A stretch of DNA of 64,000 nt, taken from Bdellovibrionota bacterium. Its GTDB lineage: Bacteria; Bdellovibrionota_C; UBA2361; SZUA-149; CAZDWZ01. The stretch lies in contig JAXLVP010000001.1 in NCBI GenBank assembly GCA_046328905.1, forward strand, positions 46,731 through 110,730. The letters run 5' to 3'. This document shows positions 1 to 9,287 of this stretch, piece after piece (position 1 is the stretch's first letter; each line of letters starts with the position of its first letter). The translations under genes were made by a program, and so were the position numbers. The notes beneath the pieces are model-generated. The model saw nothing but the letters and a program-made list of their open reading frames with translations, had not been told where the DNA came from and searched no databases.

Positions 1-967
1 CCGCTTTTGAAGTCAACAGACCCACGAGCGCGAGATAACTCGGTTGTGCGCCGGGCAGCCGAACTGTCACTGCGTCCATTCTCCCGTATCGGTGGACGGG
101 ACTCTCGGTGAGACTTTTGGCGAAGTAAACGGCCGACTGTTGGTCCGCGTGAAACGCAATCTGTTTCTCGAAGTCTAGGGCATCGGCACTGTAGGTGGGG
201 TTGCCCGAGCGGAAGAGGCCGAATGCCTTCTTGGGATCCGCGGCGAAACCCTTCTTGGCACCAGAGCTCGAAAAGCGCTGGGCTCCTAGGAAAACGAATC
301 CGCCGTCCGCAAGCCACTTCAAAAGTGCGGCCGCTTCGGCAGTATCGGCCTCGGCCGATTTTCCGTTTGAAGATGCTTCGACGAGCTGCGCGGCAGCGCT
401 CTCGACCTCTCCCACCATGCTTTTGAAATCGTCCGAAATGAAAAGCAGCGCCGTGAACCGCTCGTCGATCTCTTTCTGGATCTGTGCAAAGAGGGCTGGA
501 TCGTCGTTGCCTTCGACTTCGAAATACGTGAGCGAGGTGAGGCGTCCGTCGTCGTGGCGCAAGATCGGATGGAGCAGGACATTATGTTGGAGGCGATTGA
601 CGCGCAGCAGCTCAGTCAGGGTATCGACGATAAACGGACGATCCGTCATTGCCGTCAGTATCGCCCACGAACCGACCGCGGAGCTGCGGACGGCGACCGA
701 GAATTGCTTTCCGGAAGAAAGATGGTCTCGATAAAACGTGCCGCAGTCGATCGCGATCTTTCCCAGCTCATCGACCGTTGACGATTCGAGATAATCGCTT
801 GGTGCACGAGCAAACAGTGCTTCGGCCAAGAAGATGTTGTCGGCGAGATTGCTTTCGGACTTTTTCGGCTGTGCGACCGGAGGTTGTTTTGCGAAGTATT
901 CGCGAAGCTGGTCCAGCTTTCGATTGGCCGATTCACTTCCGATACTGGATCCCAAACTGACTGTCAT
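1..967 (-). CDS. NAD-specific glutamate dehydrogenase, N-terminal ~322 codons (partial; continues past left edge)
   Basis: Manually translated minus-strand frame from ATG at 967 is open to position 2 with no in-frame stop (absent from ORF track because no stop in window). Product MTVSLGSS...DRPFIVDTLTELLR...LLKWLADGGFVFLGAQRF...SPVHRYGRMDAVTV...LALVGLLTSKA resembles the N-terminal region of large bacterial NAD-GDH (Bac_GDH family) from memory. Confidence 0.6.
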   Translation of the reverse strand, partial: MTVSLGSSIGSESANRKLDQLREYFAKQPPVAQPKKSESNLADNIFLAEALFARAPSDYLESSTVDELGKIAIDCGTFYRDHLSSGKQFSVAVRSSAVGSWAILTAMTDRPFIVDTLTELLRVNRLQHNVLLHPILRHDDGRLTSLTYFEVEGNDDPALFAQIQKEIDERFTALLFISDDFKSMVGEVESAAAQLVEASSNGKSAEADTAEAAALLKWLADGGFVFLGAQRFSSSGAKKGFAADPKKAFGLFRSGNPTYSADALDFEKQIAFHADQQSAVYFAKSLTESPVHRYGRMDAVTVRLPGAQPSYLALVGLLTSKA

Positions 968-971
968 AGAG

Positions 972-3005
972 TTATTTGAATAATGATTTTAATGCGCCGC
1001 CAAGGCCGGGCGCTACTTTATCGAGCTTTTGCGTCACTGCGTCGGTCGCGGAATTGTTCACCGCGCGTTTAGCGAGATCGGTTACATCCGGCAAGACCAA
1101 AAATTTCCCATTTGTTCGCCGGAGGATGAGCGGTACCACGATATTTTGATCCTTGTCGAGCAGCAGTGAGAGCTTCTTCTCTTTGGCGACCAGATCTTGG
1201 ACCAGCTGCGGTGTGAATCGCAGCTTCGCAGTGATCTCCATGTCACCGTTCTGAGCGATGGATCCCTGGCCGTCGACCAAATACAGCTCGTGCTGAAGGG
1301 TGATCGAGGTCAGCGAAACAGACTTTCCGGCGAAGGTGGCTTTCAGATCGAGATGGGAGAACGCGGTCGAGTTAGCTTGCAGCAGTGGGCGGTACTTCTC
1401 AGGTATGATCGATTGAATGACGGGACCGATCACCGGAAGCGACCCAAGCTTCCCGAACGTGGCGCCGAGGAGGTTGAAGCCCTCGATGACTCCGTTCGAC
1501 GCTGTCGCCTGTAGGGCTCCGTTTGCGCGCTCGCTCAACTCTTTCATCGGGCCTTTGACCGACAGATTCATCGAATCCAGTGATCCAGTCAGCCCAACTT
1601 TGCTCTTCGCGAACGCAGCGAGCTGCGCCAGGTCGAGTTTCTGACCCTGGACCTGTGCGTCCAAAGCGCTTCCGTCGACAAGACTTCCCTGAACGGTGAT
1701 GTTACCGCCAAAGATCGGAAGCGAGGTCGGCTCGAGCGTGAAACCTTTCGGCGTCGATTTGACCGTCGTGTTGATGTTGCTGAGGGTGAGCGGCGTATCG
1801 CCCGGCACATGAGCACCGAGCCCTTTCACCTGCGCCGTCCCTTCAAGCTGTGGCGGCGAACCGGGCGAGGGGACACTTACTGTGCAGTTTGCATCCAGCG
1901 CCCCGGTGAGCTGATAGGGCTGTGCGAGCGGAACCACTTTACCTATCGAGCCGAGTGGCAGCGCGCTTGTCTTGAGCACCGCTTTCGTCGGCCCTTTCGG
2001 ACGCAGGGAAACGGGAACATCGATGTCCATATCGGCGATGCGGATGTGAAGCTGAGACAGATCGACGCCGCCTTGCAAGAACGCTTGCCCACTGGTCTCG
2101 ACAGTAAACGGAATGTCCGCCGCTTTTTGAAAAAGCTGTCCGTAGGCAAGCGACGCTTTTGAACCGTCGAACTTCCCGCTGATCTGTATGCCGCCGGTCG
2201 ACAGCTTGATGCTGGCCTTCAGATTGCCCTGTTGCGCGAGCTGAACGTCTTTATTCGAGCCGCCGTACGCCGCCGCGAGCGCGCTTAGCCGGTTGAAGTC
2301 CAGAGCTCTCGCGTCCAGCTCGAGGTCAGCGTTCGGCGCACCGCCCGCAACTGAGGCGGCACCGGAAAGTGTGAGGTTGTTCTTTTCCGTGCCGAAGAAC
2401 GAGCTGGTTACTTGGAGCTTTGAAACCCCGCTCGTCGTGATGTCCTTCAGATCAGCTGTCAGATCGTCCAGAACCAGAACTTGTGGCGGCGACACTTTAT
2501 GGTCGGTGAATGAAATCCTCGAGCCTTTGACCCAGGCGCTCTTCACTTCGAGCTGGATGGGTCCGCCGGACTTCTCAGGAGCGGGTTCCGTGTCAGGCGA
2601 GGTCGTTTTCGTTGCGCCGAGAGGAGCGCCGCTCAGCTCGATCTGGCCGTCCGATGTTCGGGAGAGAGCAATGTCGGCACCTTCGATGCCGACCTCGGTG
2701 ACCTGCAGCTCTTTATGGAGGAGCGGCATCAACTTGGTGGCGAGCACGAGGGTTTTGATTCGAGTCGAGGCGCCGCTTTCCGGCTTCGAAGCTTGAAGCA
2801 CAACATCTGAAACGCTGACGGCGAAAGGGTAGAGCTTCAGAGAAAGCTCTCCGATAGTCACCGGCCGGTGGGCAGCATCAGACATCCGCTGTTCGATCTG
2901 CGGCTTGAACGTAGAGAGAACCGGATTGATGTTCCAGAGCAGGAGTGCCACCGCGACAGCAGAGACGAGAACCAGGAACACGACGATTTTAAGCACTTTC
3001 TTCAT
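972..3005 (-). CDS. AsmA family outer-membrane biogenesis protein
   Basis: 677 aa ORF. N-terminal TM anchor (KIVVFLVLVSAVAVALLLW), long Gly/Ser/Thr-rich beta-rich periplasmic region typical of AsmA-like proteins. Stop at 972 is 4 nt from GDH start. Confidence 0.65.
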   Translation of the reverse strand: MKKVLKIVVFLVLVSAVAVALLLWNINPVLSTFKPQIEQRMSDAAHRPVTIGELSLKLYPFAVSVSDVVLQASKPESGASTRIKTLVLATKLMPLLHKELQVTEVGIEGADIALSRTSDGQIELSGAPLGATKTTSPDTEPAPEKSGGPIQLEVKSAWVKGSRISFTDHKVSPPQVLVLDDLTADLKDITTSGVSKLQVTSSFFGTEKNNLTLSGAASVAGGAPNADLELDARALDFNRLSALAAAYGGSNKDVQLAQQGNLKASIKLSTGGIQISGKFDGSKASLAYGQLFQKAADIPFTVETSGQAFLQGGVDLSQLHIRIADMDIDVPVSLRPKGPTKAVLKTSALPLGSIGKVVPLAQPYQLTGALDANCTVSVPSPGSPPQLEGTAQVKGLGAHVPGDTPLTLSNINTTVKSTPKGFTLEPTSLPIFGGNITVQGSLVDGSALDAQVQGQKLDLAQLAAFAKSKVGLTGSLDSMNLSVKGPMKELSERANGALQATASNGVIEGFNLLGATFGKLGSLPVIGPVIQSIIPEKYRPLLQANSTAFSHLDLKATFAGKSVSLTSITLQHELYLVDGQGSIAQNGDMEITAKLRFTPQLVQDLVAKEKKLSLLLDKDQNIVVPLILRRTNGKFLVLPDVTDLAKRAVNNSATDAVTQKLDKVAPGLGGALKSLFK

Positions 3006-3222
3006 GGATGAGTTTGTTCATTCATTATGCCTGTTCGACAAACTGATACAGCTTTTATCAGCAGAGACGGAAGTGGCCAGAATACAATACAATTTCCTAG
3101 CAGATGGGACCACCTTGCCGCAGAGAGTTGCTGCACGGTGGGCTGGGCCGCAATTTTCGAGCGACGCGTATATACAATATTACCCTGCGAAGCGAATAAA
3201 ACCGCGACCGGTATGCGGGTAT

Positions 3223-3273
3223 GTGACACAGTCCCGGCCCCCGTTTCAAAACCGGGCGCCGGGAGTGTGTCAC
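3223..3273. terminator. 16-bp near-perfect inverted repeat (gtgacacagtcccggc / gccgggagtgtgtcac) with 19-nt spacer, just downstream of hisG stop
   Basis: Seen directly in sequence. Sits 15 nt 3' of minus-strand hisG stop (3288). No clean T-tract, so could be a terminator hairpin or a protein-binding palindrome. Confidence 0.3.
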
Positions 3274-3287
3274 GGTCGCTGACTGGG

Positions 3288-4205
3288 TCACGCGAGGAAC
3301 TGCACGTCCACGATCATGGGATCCGTGGCTCCGGCCTCGCGCACCTGACGGAGAACCGTGAACTTGTCGCGAATCGGGACCGCGATGCGCAGAGTAGCGC
3401 TGTCTCCGTTCGCGGTTGGAATTCGATTCACGCTGCGCATGGCGTACGCCTCCAGGATCCGGACTACAGCGGGCTCCGTCTCGCGAGTCACGTTCACGGA
3501 AAGCTCCTGCCGCTTCGAACCCTCGATCACGCCGGAAAGCGCGAATACGAGGTCCTCGAGAGACTTGCTCCGCTCGGGATCGGAAGACATCCGCCCGCGG
3601 TTCGCGGCGAGAACCGTCGAAGATGCACGAAGTGTGTTCACGGGCACCAGCCCGTTGGTGCGGAGGGTCTCTCCGGAGGAGACGACGTCGACGATGCCTC
3701 CTTCGAGGATGTGTGCGAAGACCTCGACGGAGCCTTCGACGGGGACGATGGTTGCCGGGAACGGAGTGGGCCGCTCGGCCAGCCAGTCAGCGACGAGGTT
3801 GGTGTACTTCGTCGCGATCGGCAAGGAGGACATCGGTTCGCCCTCGAGTCCGCGGAGCACTCGAAAGCTATCGCACTCCCGGACCGCGAGCACGAGGTTG
3901 ACTCGGTCCCGTTCGGTATCGAGAAGCACTTGCACGGCGTCGAGCGCTCGCACTTCCGCGAGCATGTCCTGCCCGAGGAACGCGGCATCGAACGCCCCTT
4001 CTTTGAGAAGCCTCGCCGCGTCCTTGGAGCGGACCACGGCGAATTCGAAGCGATCGTCGCCGATCACGCGCGGCAGAAGAATCCGGCCGTTCGAGCCGAA
4101 GTCGAGCTTCAGCCCGGCCTTCTCGAGGAGCTCGGCAACGGCGCTCTGAATCCGACCCGACGTGAGCGCTACCTTGATCACTGGGCGCACTGGAATAACC
4201 CTCAA
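3288..4205 (-). CDS. hisG: ATP phosphoribosyltransferase, long form with C-terminal regulatory domain
   Basis: 305 aa. N-terminus IKVALTSGRIQSAVAELLEKAGL matches the HisG start (LRIA-KGRL...LL...G). Length fits long-form HisG. Confidence 0.85.
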   Translation of the reverse strand: MRVIPVRPVIKVALTSGRIQSAVAELLEKAGLKLDFGSNGRILLPRVIGDDRFEFAVVRSKDAARLLKEGAFDAAFLGQDMLAEVRALDAVQVLLDTERDRVNLVLAVRECDSFRVLRGLEGEPMSSLPIATKYTNLVADWLAERPTPFPATIVPVEGSVEVFAHILEGGIVDVVSSGETLRTNGLVPVNTLRASSTVLAANRGRMSSDPERSKSLEDLVFALSGVIEGSKRQELSVNVTRETEPAVVRILEAYAMRSVNRIPTANGDSATLRIAVPIRDKFTVLRQVREAGATDPMIVDVQFLA

Positions 4206-4322
4206 GGAAAACGTTTGGGGGGACCAGGAACTGGGCGTAAGTTGGCTTACGTCCAGTGGTCCGCAATTCGTCTACCGATCCAGCATGTGAAGTTGCGAAG
4301 TGGTGCGCGTCGTCCGCCGCCG

Positions 4323-4607
4323 CTACTTCGCGCGAGACTTGAGGGCTTGGCGGTAGCCGCCAGTCCCGGTCTGAAGCCATTTCGAGATTCTGGCGACCGT
4401 TGTCGAGCTGAGCCCAGTTTGCTCGATGATCGCTCGGTATGACTCACCGTTGTTCAGCAGACGGACTGCCTGCCAACGTTTCGCAATGTCATCGAGCTCG
4501 GCGTCGGTGAGAAGGTCCCGAAGGAATCGAGCGAGCTGACGTTCGTCCTTGAGACCGGCGAGTGTCTCAATCAGATCTCTGTGCAGGCTGCTCGGAAAGC
4601 TTGGCAT
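4323..4607 (-). CDS. TrpR-like YerC/YecD family DNA-binding protein
   Basis: C-terminal 94 aa of ORF 4323..4790 (MPSFPSSLHRDLIETLAGLKDERQLARFLRDLLTDAELDDIAKRWQAVRLLNNGESYRAIIEQTGLSSTTVARISKWLQ...) match the TrpR/YerC fold pattern. Start moved to internal ATG at 4607; the upstream extension looks non-coding. Confidence 0.6.
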   Translation of the reverse strand: MPSFPSSLHRDLIETLAGLKDERQLARFLRDLLTDAELDDIAKRWQAVRLLNNGESYRAIIEQTGLSSTTVARISKWLQTGTGGYRQALKSRAK

Positions 4608-5109
4608 GCGGCGCTTTACTATACTAAAGTGCCCATTGTCAAACTTGTGACGAATTGTGTGGCACGGGCTTCGTGCACGCCGCCTGCCCGGCGCCTTCAG
4701 CGGGCGAAGTCCACGGTTCTCTTGGTTCTCGCGCGTATCGGTCTCGAATCGGGCCGCACCTTCGAAGTATAGGGCGAATCCAGTCGACACGGGGCAGAGT
4801 GAAAGCGCCGACCATAAAAGGCCGATGCGCTCTCAAGAGAAGGATCTCATTGTCGCAACCGGACCCACAGAGCCCACAAAAACGAGCTAACCCCAAGAAA
4901 TACGTGGGTGTTTTCAATATTCTCGGCCGCTCGCTGGGGATTGGCGCATGGAGATATGACATAATTCCATTTATGCGGTTTTTAGGGTATCTTCCTTCCG
5001 CCGAATTCAACGCTTTCGCGATAGCCCCTGTGGGCTACGGCTGGAGGTGGCATTCGACGCGTAGTTTTCATTTCCTCGATTCTTTCAGGCGAAATCCTTA
5101 GGGGGCCTT

Positions 5110-6117
5110 GTGATTAAGACAGCAGTCGTCGGTGTCGGCTATCTCGGAAGCTTTCATGCAGAGAAATATCAGCGCTCGGACAAGGCGGAGCTTTGCGCCG
5201 TAGTCGATATCTCCAAAGAGCAGGCTGAGAAGGTTGCGTCCCGTCTCGGGACAAAGGCGCTCAGTGATTATCGTGAGTTACCCGCGCTCGGCGTCCAGTG
5301 CGCGAGCATCTCAGCCGATACGATGGCGCACTTCGAAATCTCATCATGGCTGTTGTCCCATGGCGTAGACGTTCTCGTGGAAAAGCCGATTGCGACCTCG
5401 AGCGCGCAGGCGAGGGAGCTTATCGATATCGCGCGGCAGAACGGCAGAATCTTGCAGGTGGGTCACCTGGAACGCTTCAATCCGGCGTTTCGCGCCATGC
5501 AGAAGCTGCTGACCCGTCCTCGATTTTTCGAAGCTCGCCGAATCTCGCCGTTTGCGGGCCGAGGCCACGACGTGGACGTCGTGCTCGATCTGATGATTCA
5601 CGACATCGACATTATTGCACACTTGGTCGGGCGACCGCTTCTGAAGGTCGACGCGGTCGGGGTTCCTGTGCTGACGAAGAACGTCGATATCGCTAACGCG
5701 CGGCTTACTTTCGAAGGCGGCGCAGTGGCAAACGTGACTGCGAGCCGAGTCTCTTTCAAGTCTGAGCGGAGCGTTCGGATCTTTCAGCCGGACGTTTATA
5801 TCTCCCTGGATTACGGCAATAAGAAGCTGAAAATGTACACGAAGTCGGGCGCCGTCGAGCCTGGCAAAATGCCGCAGATTGCGGTTGAGGAACACAACGT
5901 CGAAGAAAGAGACGCGCTTTTCGACCAGATCGAATCGTTTCTTGATTGTGTCGCCACTCGAACTCCTCCGGCTGTCAGCGGTGTTGATGGATTGAGGGCG
6001 CTCGAGCTTGCTGACCGCATTCGGGCCGCTTTTCAAGAATCGAGCGAGAGCTTCAATGCTGACGAGCTCGTTCTTCAGGCTGCAGCAGGATTCGATATGG
6101 AGCTCGGCAATCAGTGA
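5110..6117 (+). CDS. Gfo/Idh/MocA family NAD(P)-dependent oxidoreductase
   Basis: 335 aa, GTG start preceded by tagggggg RBS. N-terminal Rossmann VGVGYLGSFHAEKY, central EKP motif (VLVEKPIATS) typical of the Gfo/Idh/MocA family. Stop overlaps start of lpxB ORF. Confidence 0.8.
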   Translation: MIKTAVVGVGYLGSFHAEKYQRSDKAELCAVVDISKEQAEKVASRLGTKALSDYRELPALGVQCASISADTMAHFEISSWLLSHGVDVLVEKPIATSSAQARELIDIARQNGRILQVGHLERFNPAFRAMQKLLTRPRFFEARRISPFAGRGHDVDVVLDLMIHDIDIIAHLVGRPLLKVDAVGVPVLTKNVDIANARLTFEGGAVANVTASRVSFKSERSVRIFQPDVYISLDYGNKKLKMYTKSGAVEPGKMPQIAVEEHNVEERDALFDQIESFLDCVATRTPPAVSGVDGLRALELADRIRAAFQESSESFNADELVLQAAAGFDMELGNQ

Positions 6118-6188
6118 CTCGCAACGCAAGCCTGATTCAAAAGCGGCCTTTTCAGGTGCTCGAAGGTCGGCGGGAAGGGATCTCCGTG

Positions 6189-7373
6189 ATGTTGGTCTCC
6201 GGTGAGGCGTCAAGCGACGAGCATGGTGCGGCGGTCGTTCGCAGCCTCTTGAAGTCTCGCGCGGATGCACGGGTCTTCGGGATGGGAGGGTCGGCTTTGC
6301 GAGCTGCAGGCATGGAGACGGTGATCGATTCTGAATCGGCTGCCGCCGTCATGGGGCTCACCGAGGTCGTCGGAAGCTTGCGGAAGATCTACGCTGCATA
6401 TCGAGAGCTGATCCGGATCGCGCGCGAACGGAAACCCGATGTCGTCGTGCTTATCGACTTCCCTGATTTCAATCTGCGTCTTGCTCGAGCGCTCAAGCGG
6501 AGCGGGTTTCCGATCTTGTATTTCATCACTCCCCAGCTCTGGGCGTGGAGGAGCGGGCGAATCAAAGCTATTCGGCGCTCGGTGCGGAAGGTCGCTCCGA
6601 TCTTCCCTTTTGAAGAGAGCTATTTCCAACGCTACGGCGTTGATGCGGAGTATGTCGGGCATCCGTTTCTTGACCGCGCGCCGCTTGCATTCGACAGGGG
6701 AGAGTTTTTGCGAAGTCTCGGGCTCGATCCGAATCGCCCAGTGCTCGCGCTCCTCCCGGGAAGTAGGAAGGCCGAAGCGGAAATGCTTCTCCCGCCGCTT
6801 CTTGGCGCCTACGAGCAGCTCCGCAGGGTCCGTCCGAATTTTCAAGCGATCATTCCGGTGGCGTCGACCCTCACGAAAGACTTCTTCGCCGAAAGAACCC
6901 GAGGCGTGCCGGATCTGGCGCTCTCCTCGGGGCAGGCTCGAGAAGTGCTCAGCGTTGCTCGCGCGTCAATCGTAGCGTCTGGAACCGCAACGGTTGAAGC
7001 GGCGCTGGCGGAGAATCCGTTTCTCGTTGTCTATCGCTTATCGCCGGTTTCGCATTTTATCGCGAGAAAGCTCGTCCGCGGAGTGCGGCACTTTGCAATG
7101 CCCAATCTGATAGCCGGAAAGCCTGTAGTGCCCGAGCTCTTGCAGGATGAGGTGACTCCGGAACGTTTGGCGATGGAGCTTGAACGCTTCTTGGGCGATC
7201 CGGCATATGAGAAGCGAATGCGGAAGGATCTGAAGATCGTCGGTGACCGCCTTCGCTTCGGCCGCAAGGCCGAATGCAGTGCCGCTCAGCGGACTGCAGA
7301 GATCATCGTTGAGATCGCGGGCGAGAAATACACTCGCCAATCACGCGTGTACCGCCCGAAGGGAGAGCAATGA
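6189..7373 (+). CDS. lpxB: lipid-A-disaccharide synthase
   Basis: MLVSGEASSDEHGA..., VVLIDFPDFNLRLA...YFITPQLWAWRSGR are classic LpxB motifs. Start placed at ATG 6189 after gaaggga RBS (ORF track starts earlier at 6114). Confidence 0.85.
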   Translation: MLVSGEASSDEHGAAVVRSLLKSRADARVFGMGGSALRAAGMETVIDSESAAAVMGLTEVVGSLRKIYAAYRELIRIARERKPDVVVLIDFPDFNLRLARALKRSGFPILYFITPQLWAWRSGRIKAIRRSVRKVAPIFPFEESYFQRYGVDAEYVGHPFLDRAPLAFDRGEFLRSLGLDPNRPVLALLPGSRKAEAEMLLPPLLGAYEQLRRVRPNFQAIIPVASTLTKDFFAERTRGVPDLALSSGQAREVLSVARASIVASGTATVEAALAENPFLVVYRLSPVSHFIARKLVRGVRHFAMPNLIAGKPVVPELLQDEVTPERLAMELERFLGDPAYEKRMRKDLKIVGDRLRFGRKAECSAAQRTAEIIVEIAGEKYTRQSRVYRPKGEQ

Positions 7374-9214
7374 CGAGAGAGAAAGCCAAGGTCTCCGGGG
7401 TGAATGTCTATCGCCGCTTACTGAGCTATCTCCGGCCGTACCGGGGACAGTTTCTCCTTGCCTTGCTTGCGATGTCGCTTTACGGGGCGACGGACGGTGC
7501 CGTTCCTTACATTCTCAAGCGTGTGCTTGATGACATCTTCGGTGCACGCAATGAAGGAATGTTGTGGAACCTCGTTTATCTGATCCTGGGATTTGCCGTG
7601 ATCAGAGGGCTGTTCGGCTTTCTCGAACGATACTTAATTGCGAGCGTCGGCCTCAGCATCGTTCGGGATTTGCGGAACGAGATCGGGCAACATCTGCTGC
7701 GTCTCAGCACATCGTTTTACTCTCGAGAGACCAGCGGAGCGCTCGTCAGTCGGATGACCAATGACACTTTGCTGGTTCGGTCCGCGTTGACCGATGCAGC
7801 AGGGTCGATACTGCGCGACAGCGTGCGTATTGCGGCGCTGGCGGGAATGGCAATCTATCTCGACCCCGTGCTCGGGCTGATCGCTTTCATCGGTTTCCCG
7901 TTGGGGATCTATCCTGTGATGCGCTTCGGCAAGAAAGTGCGACGGTTTAGCCGGATGGGGCAGGACCGTTTCGGTGGGCTGACAGCGCTTTTGCAGGAGA
8001 TGATTGTCGGTCATCGGGTGGTGCAGGCGTTCGCGCGCGAGGACCACGAATATCAGCGGTTCAAAGAAGAGAACGAGAAGATTACTGACACGTTCAAGCG
8101 GGCGGAGAAATACGGCGCGTTCGCCGGGCCGACCAATGAAGTGCTCGCCAGCTTGGCAATTGCGGCGGTGATTCTGTACGGCGGGTTCAGTGTCATCTCG
8201 GGTGTGCGAACTCAGGGTGATTTCATTGCGTTCATTACATCGATGTTTTTGATGTACGAGCCACTGAAAAAGCTCGGCCGGATGAACACGATCACTCAGG
8301 CCGGTGTAGCCGCGGCAGAGCGGATCTTTGAGCTGCTCGACACCGTTCCGGAGATTCAGGACCTTCCTGGCGCACGTCCGCTTGTCGCGGACCGACCCGA
8401 AATTGAATACCGGCACGTCTCGTTTCAATATCCGAGCACGGAGCGAAGCGGTACTGAAGCAATCGTTTCGCTCGATGATGCGAAGCAGCGCCCCTATGCG
8501 TTGCACGATTTTTCGCTGAAGGTGTCGTCGGGAGAGACCGTCGCGCTCGTAGGGATGTCAGGGGGAGGCAAATCAACCGTCATCAGCCTGCTGCCGCGGT
8601 TCTATGATCCGACCTCCGGGGAAATACGTATTGCCGGCTCGGACATCCGCGAATATACGCTCGCGTCACTGCGAAGCTCCATGTCAATTGTCAATCAGCA
8701 CACGTTCCTTTTCAATCAGACCGTGTACGATAACATCGCGTATGGTGACGGCACCGCTTCGCGTGAGCAGATCATCGAGGCGGCGAAGGCGGCCAATGCT
8801 CATACTTTTATCGAGCGGCTGCCCGAAGGATACGACACCCAGATCGGAGAGCAGGGTCTTCGGCTGTCAGGCGGCGAGCGGGCCCGAATCGCGATCGCTC
8901 GGGCGCTTCTGAAGAATGCCCCAATCCTCATCCTTGACGAAGCGACAGCGAGCCTCGACAGCGAATCGGAACATCTGGTGCAGCGGGCGATCGATCGTCT
9001 GATGGAGAATCGAACAACGCTCGTCATTGCGCATCGATTGTCGACGATTCGTAAGGCGAATCGCATTGCAGTCTTGAAACAGGGTCGCCTGGTCGAGCTC
9101 GGCTCGCACGAGGAGCTGCTTGCTGCGAATGGAGAGTACTCGAAGCTGCATCGTTTGCAGTTTCAGCAGGCGGAGACGGAGTCCCGCCAGTTATCTGCCG
9201 GGGGCGCGGCTTAG
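7370..9214 (+). CDS. msbA: lipid A export ABC transporter permease/ATP-binding protein MsbA-like
   Basis: 614 aa. Six-TM exporter domain followed by Walker A GMSGGGKST, signature LSGGERAR, Walker B ILILDEATASLD. ATGA overlap with lpxB stop. Located between lpxB and waaA. Confidence 0.8.
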   Translation: MTREKAKVSGVNVYRRLLSYLRPYRGQFLLALLAMSLYGATDGAVPYILKRVLDDIFGARNEGMLWNLVYLILGFAVIRGLFGFLERYLIASVGLSIVRDLRNEIGQHLLRLSTSFYSRETSGALVSRMTNDTLLVRSALTDAAGSILRDSVRIAALAGMAIYLDPVLGLIAFIGFPLGIYPVMRFGKKVRRFSRMGQDRFGGLTALLQEMIVGHRVVQAFAREDHEYQRFKEENEKITDTFKRAEKYGAFAGPTNEVLASLAIAAVILYGGFSVISGVRTQGDFIAFITSMFLMYEPLKKLGRMNTITQAGVAAAERIFELLDTVPEIQDLPGARPLVADRPEIEYRHVSFQYPSTERSGTEAIVSLDDAKQRPYALHDFSLKVSSGETVALVGMSGGGKSTVISLLPRFYDPTSGEIRIAGSDIREYTLASLRSSMSIVNQHTFLFNQTVYDNIAYGDGTASREQIIEAAKAANAHTFIERLPEGYDTQIGEQGLRLSGGERARIAIARALLKNAPILILDEATASLDSESEHLVQRAIDRLMENRTTLVIAHRLSTIRKANRIAVLKQGRLVELGSHEELLAANGEYSKLHRLQFQQAETESRQLSAGGAA

Positions 9215-9287
9215 GCGGGCTCGGAATTGTCGATCTGAGGTTTGGGCCGATCAGAAGTTTGGATCGAACGGAGTTGGAGAAGTGGAA

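Noticed and set aside
195-960. Several 75-180 aa ORFs on both strands at the left edge
   Set aside because: All overlap the manually translated, stop-free NAD-GDH frame on the minus strand. Low-complexity Arg/Ser-rich products.
3027-4442. 471-aa plus-strand ORF
   Set aside because: Runs antisense across hisG, which has clear family motifs on the minus strand. Arg/Gly/Ala-rich composition typical of antisense frames in high-GC DNA.
5344-6270. 308-aa minus-strand ORF
   Set aside because: Antisense to the Gfo/Idh/MocA oxidoreductase and the lpxB start, both of which have strong motif support on the plus strand.
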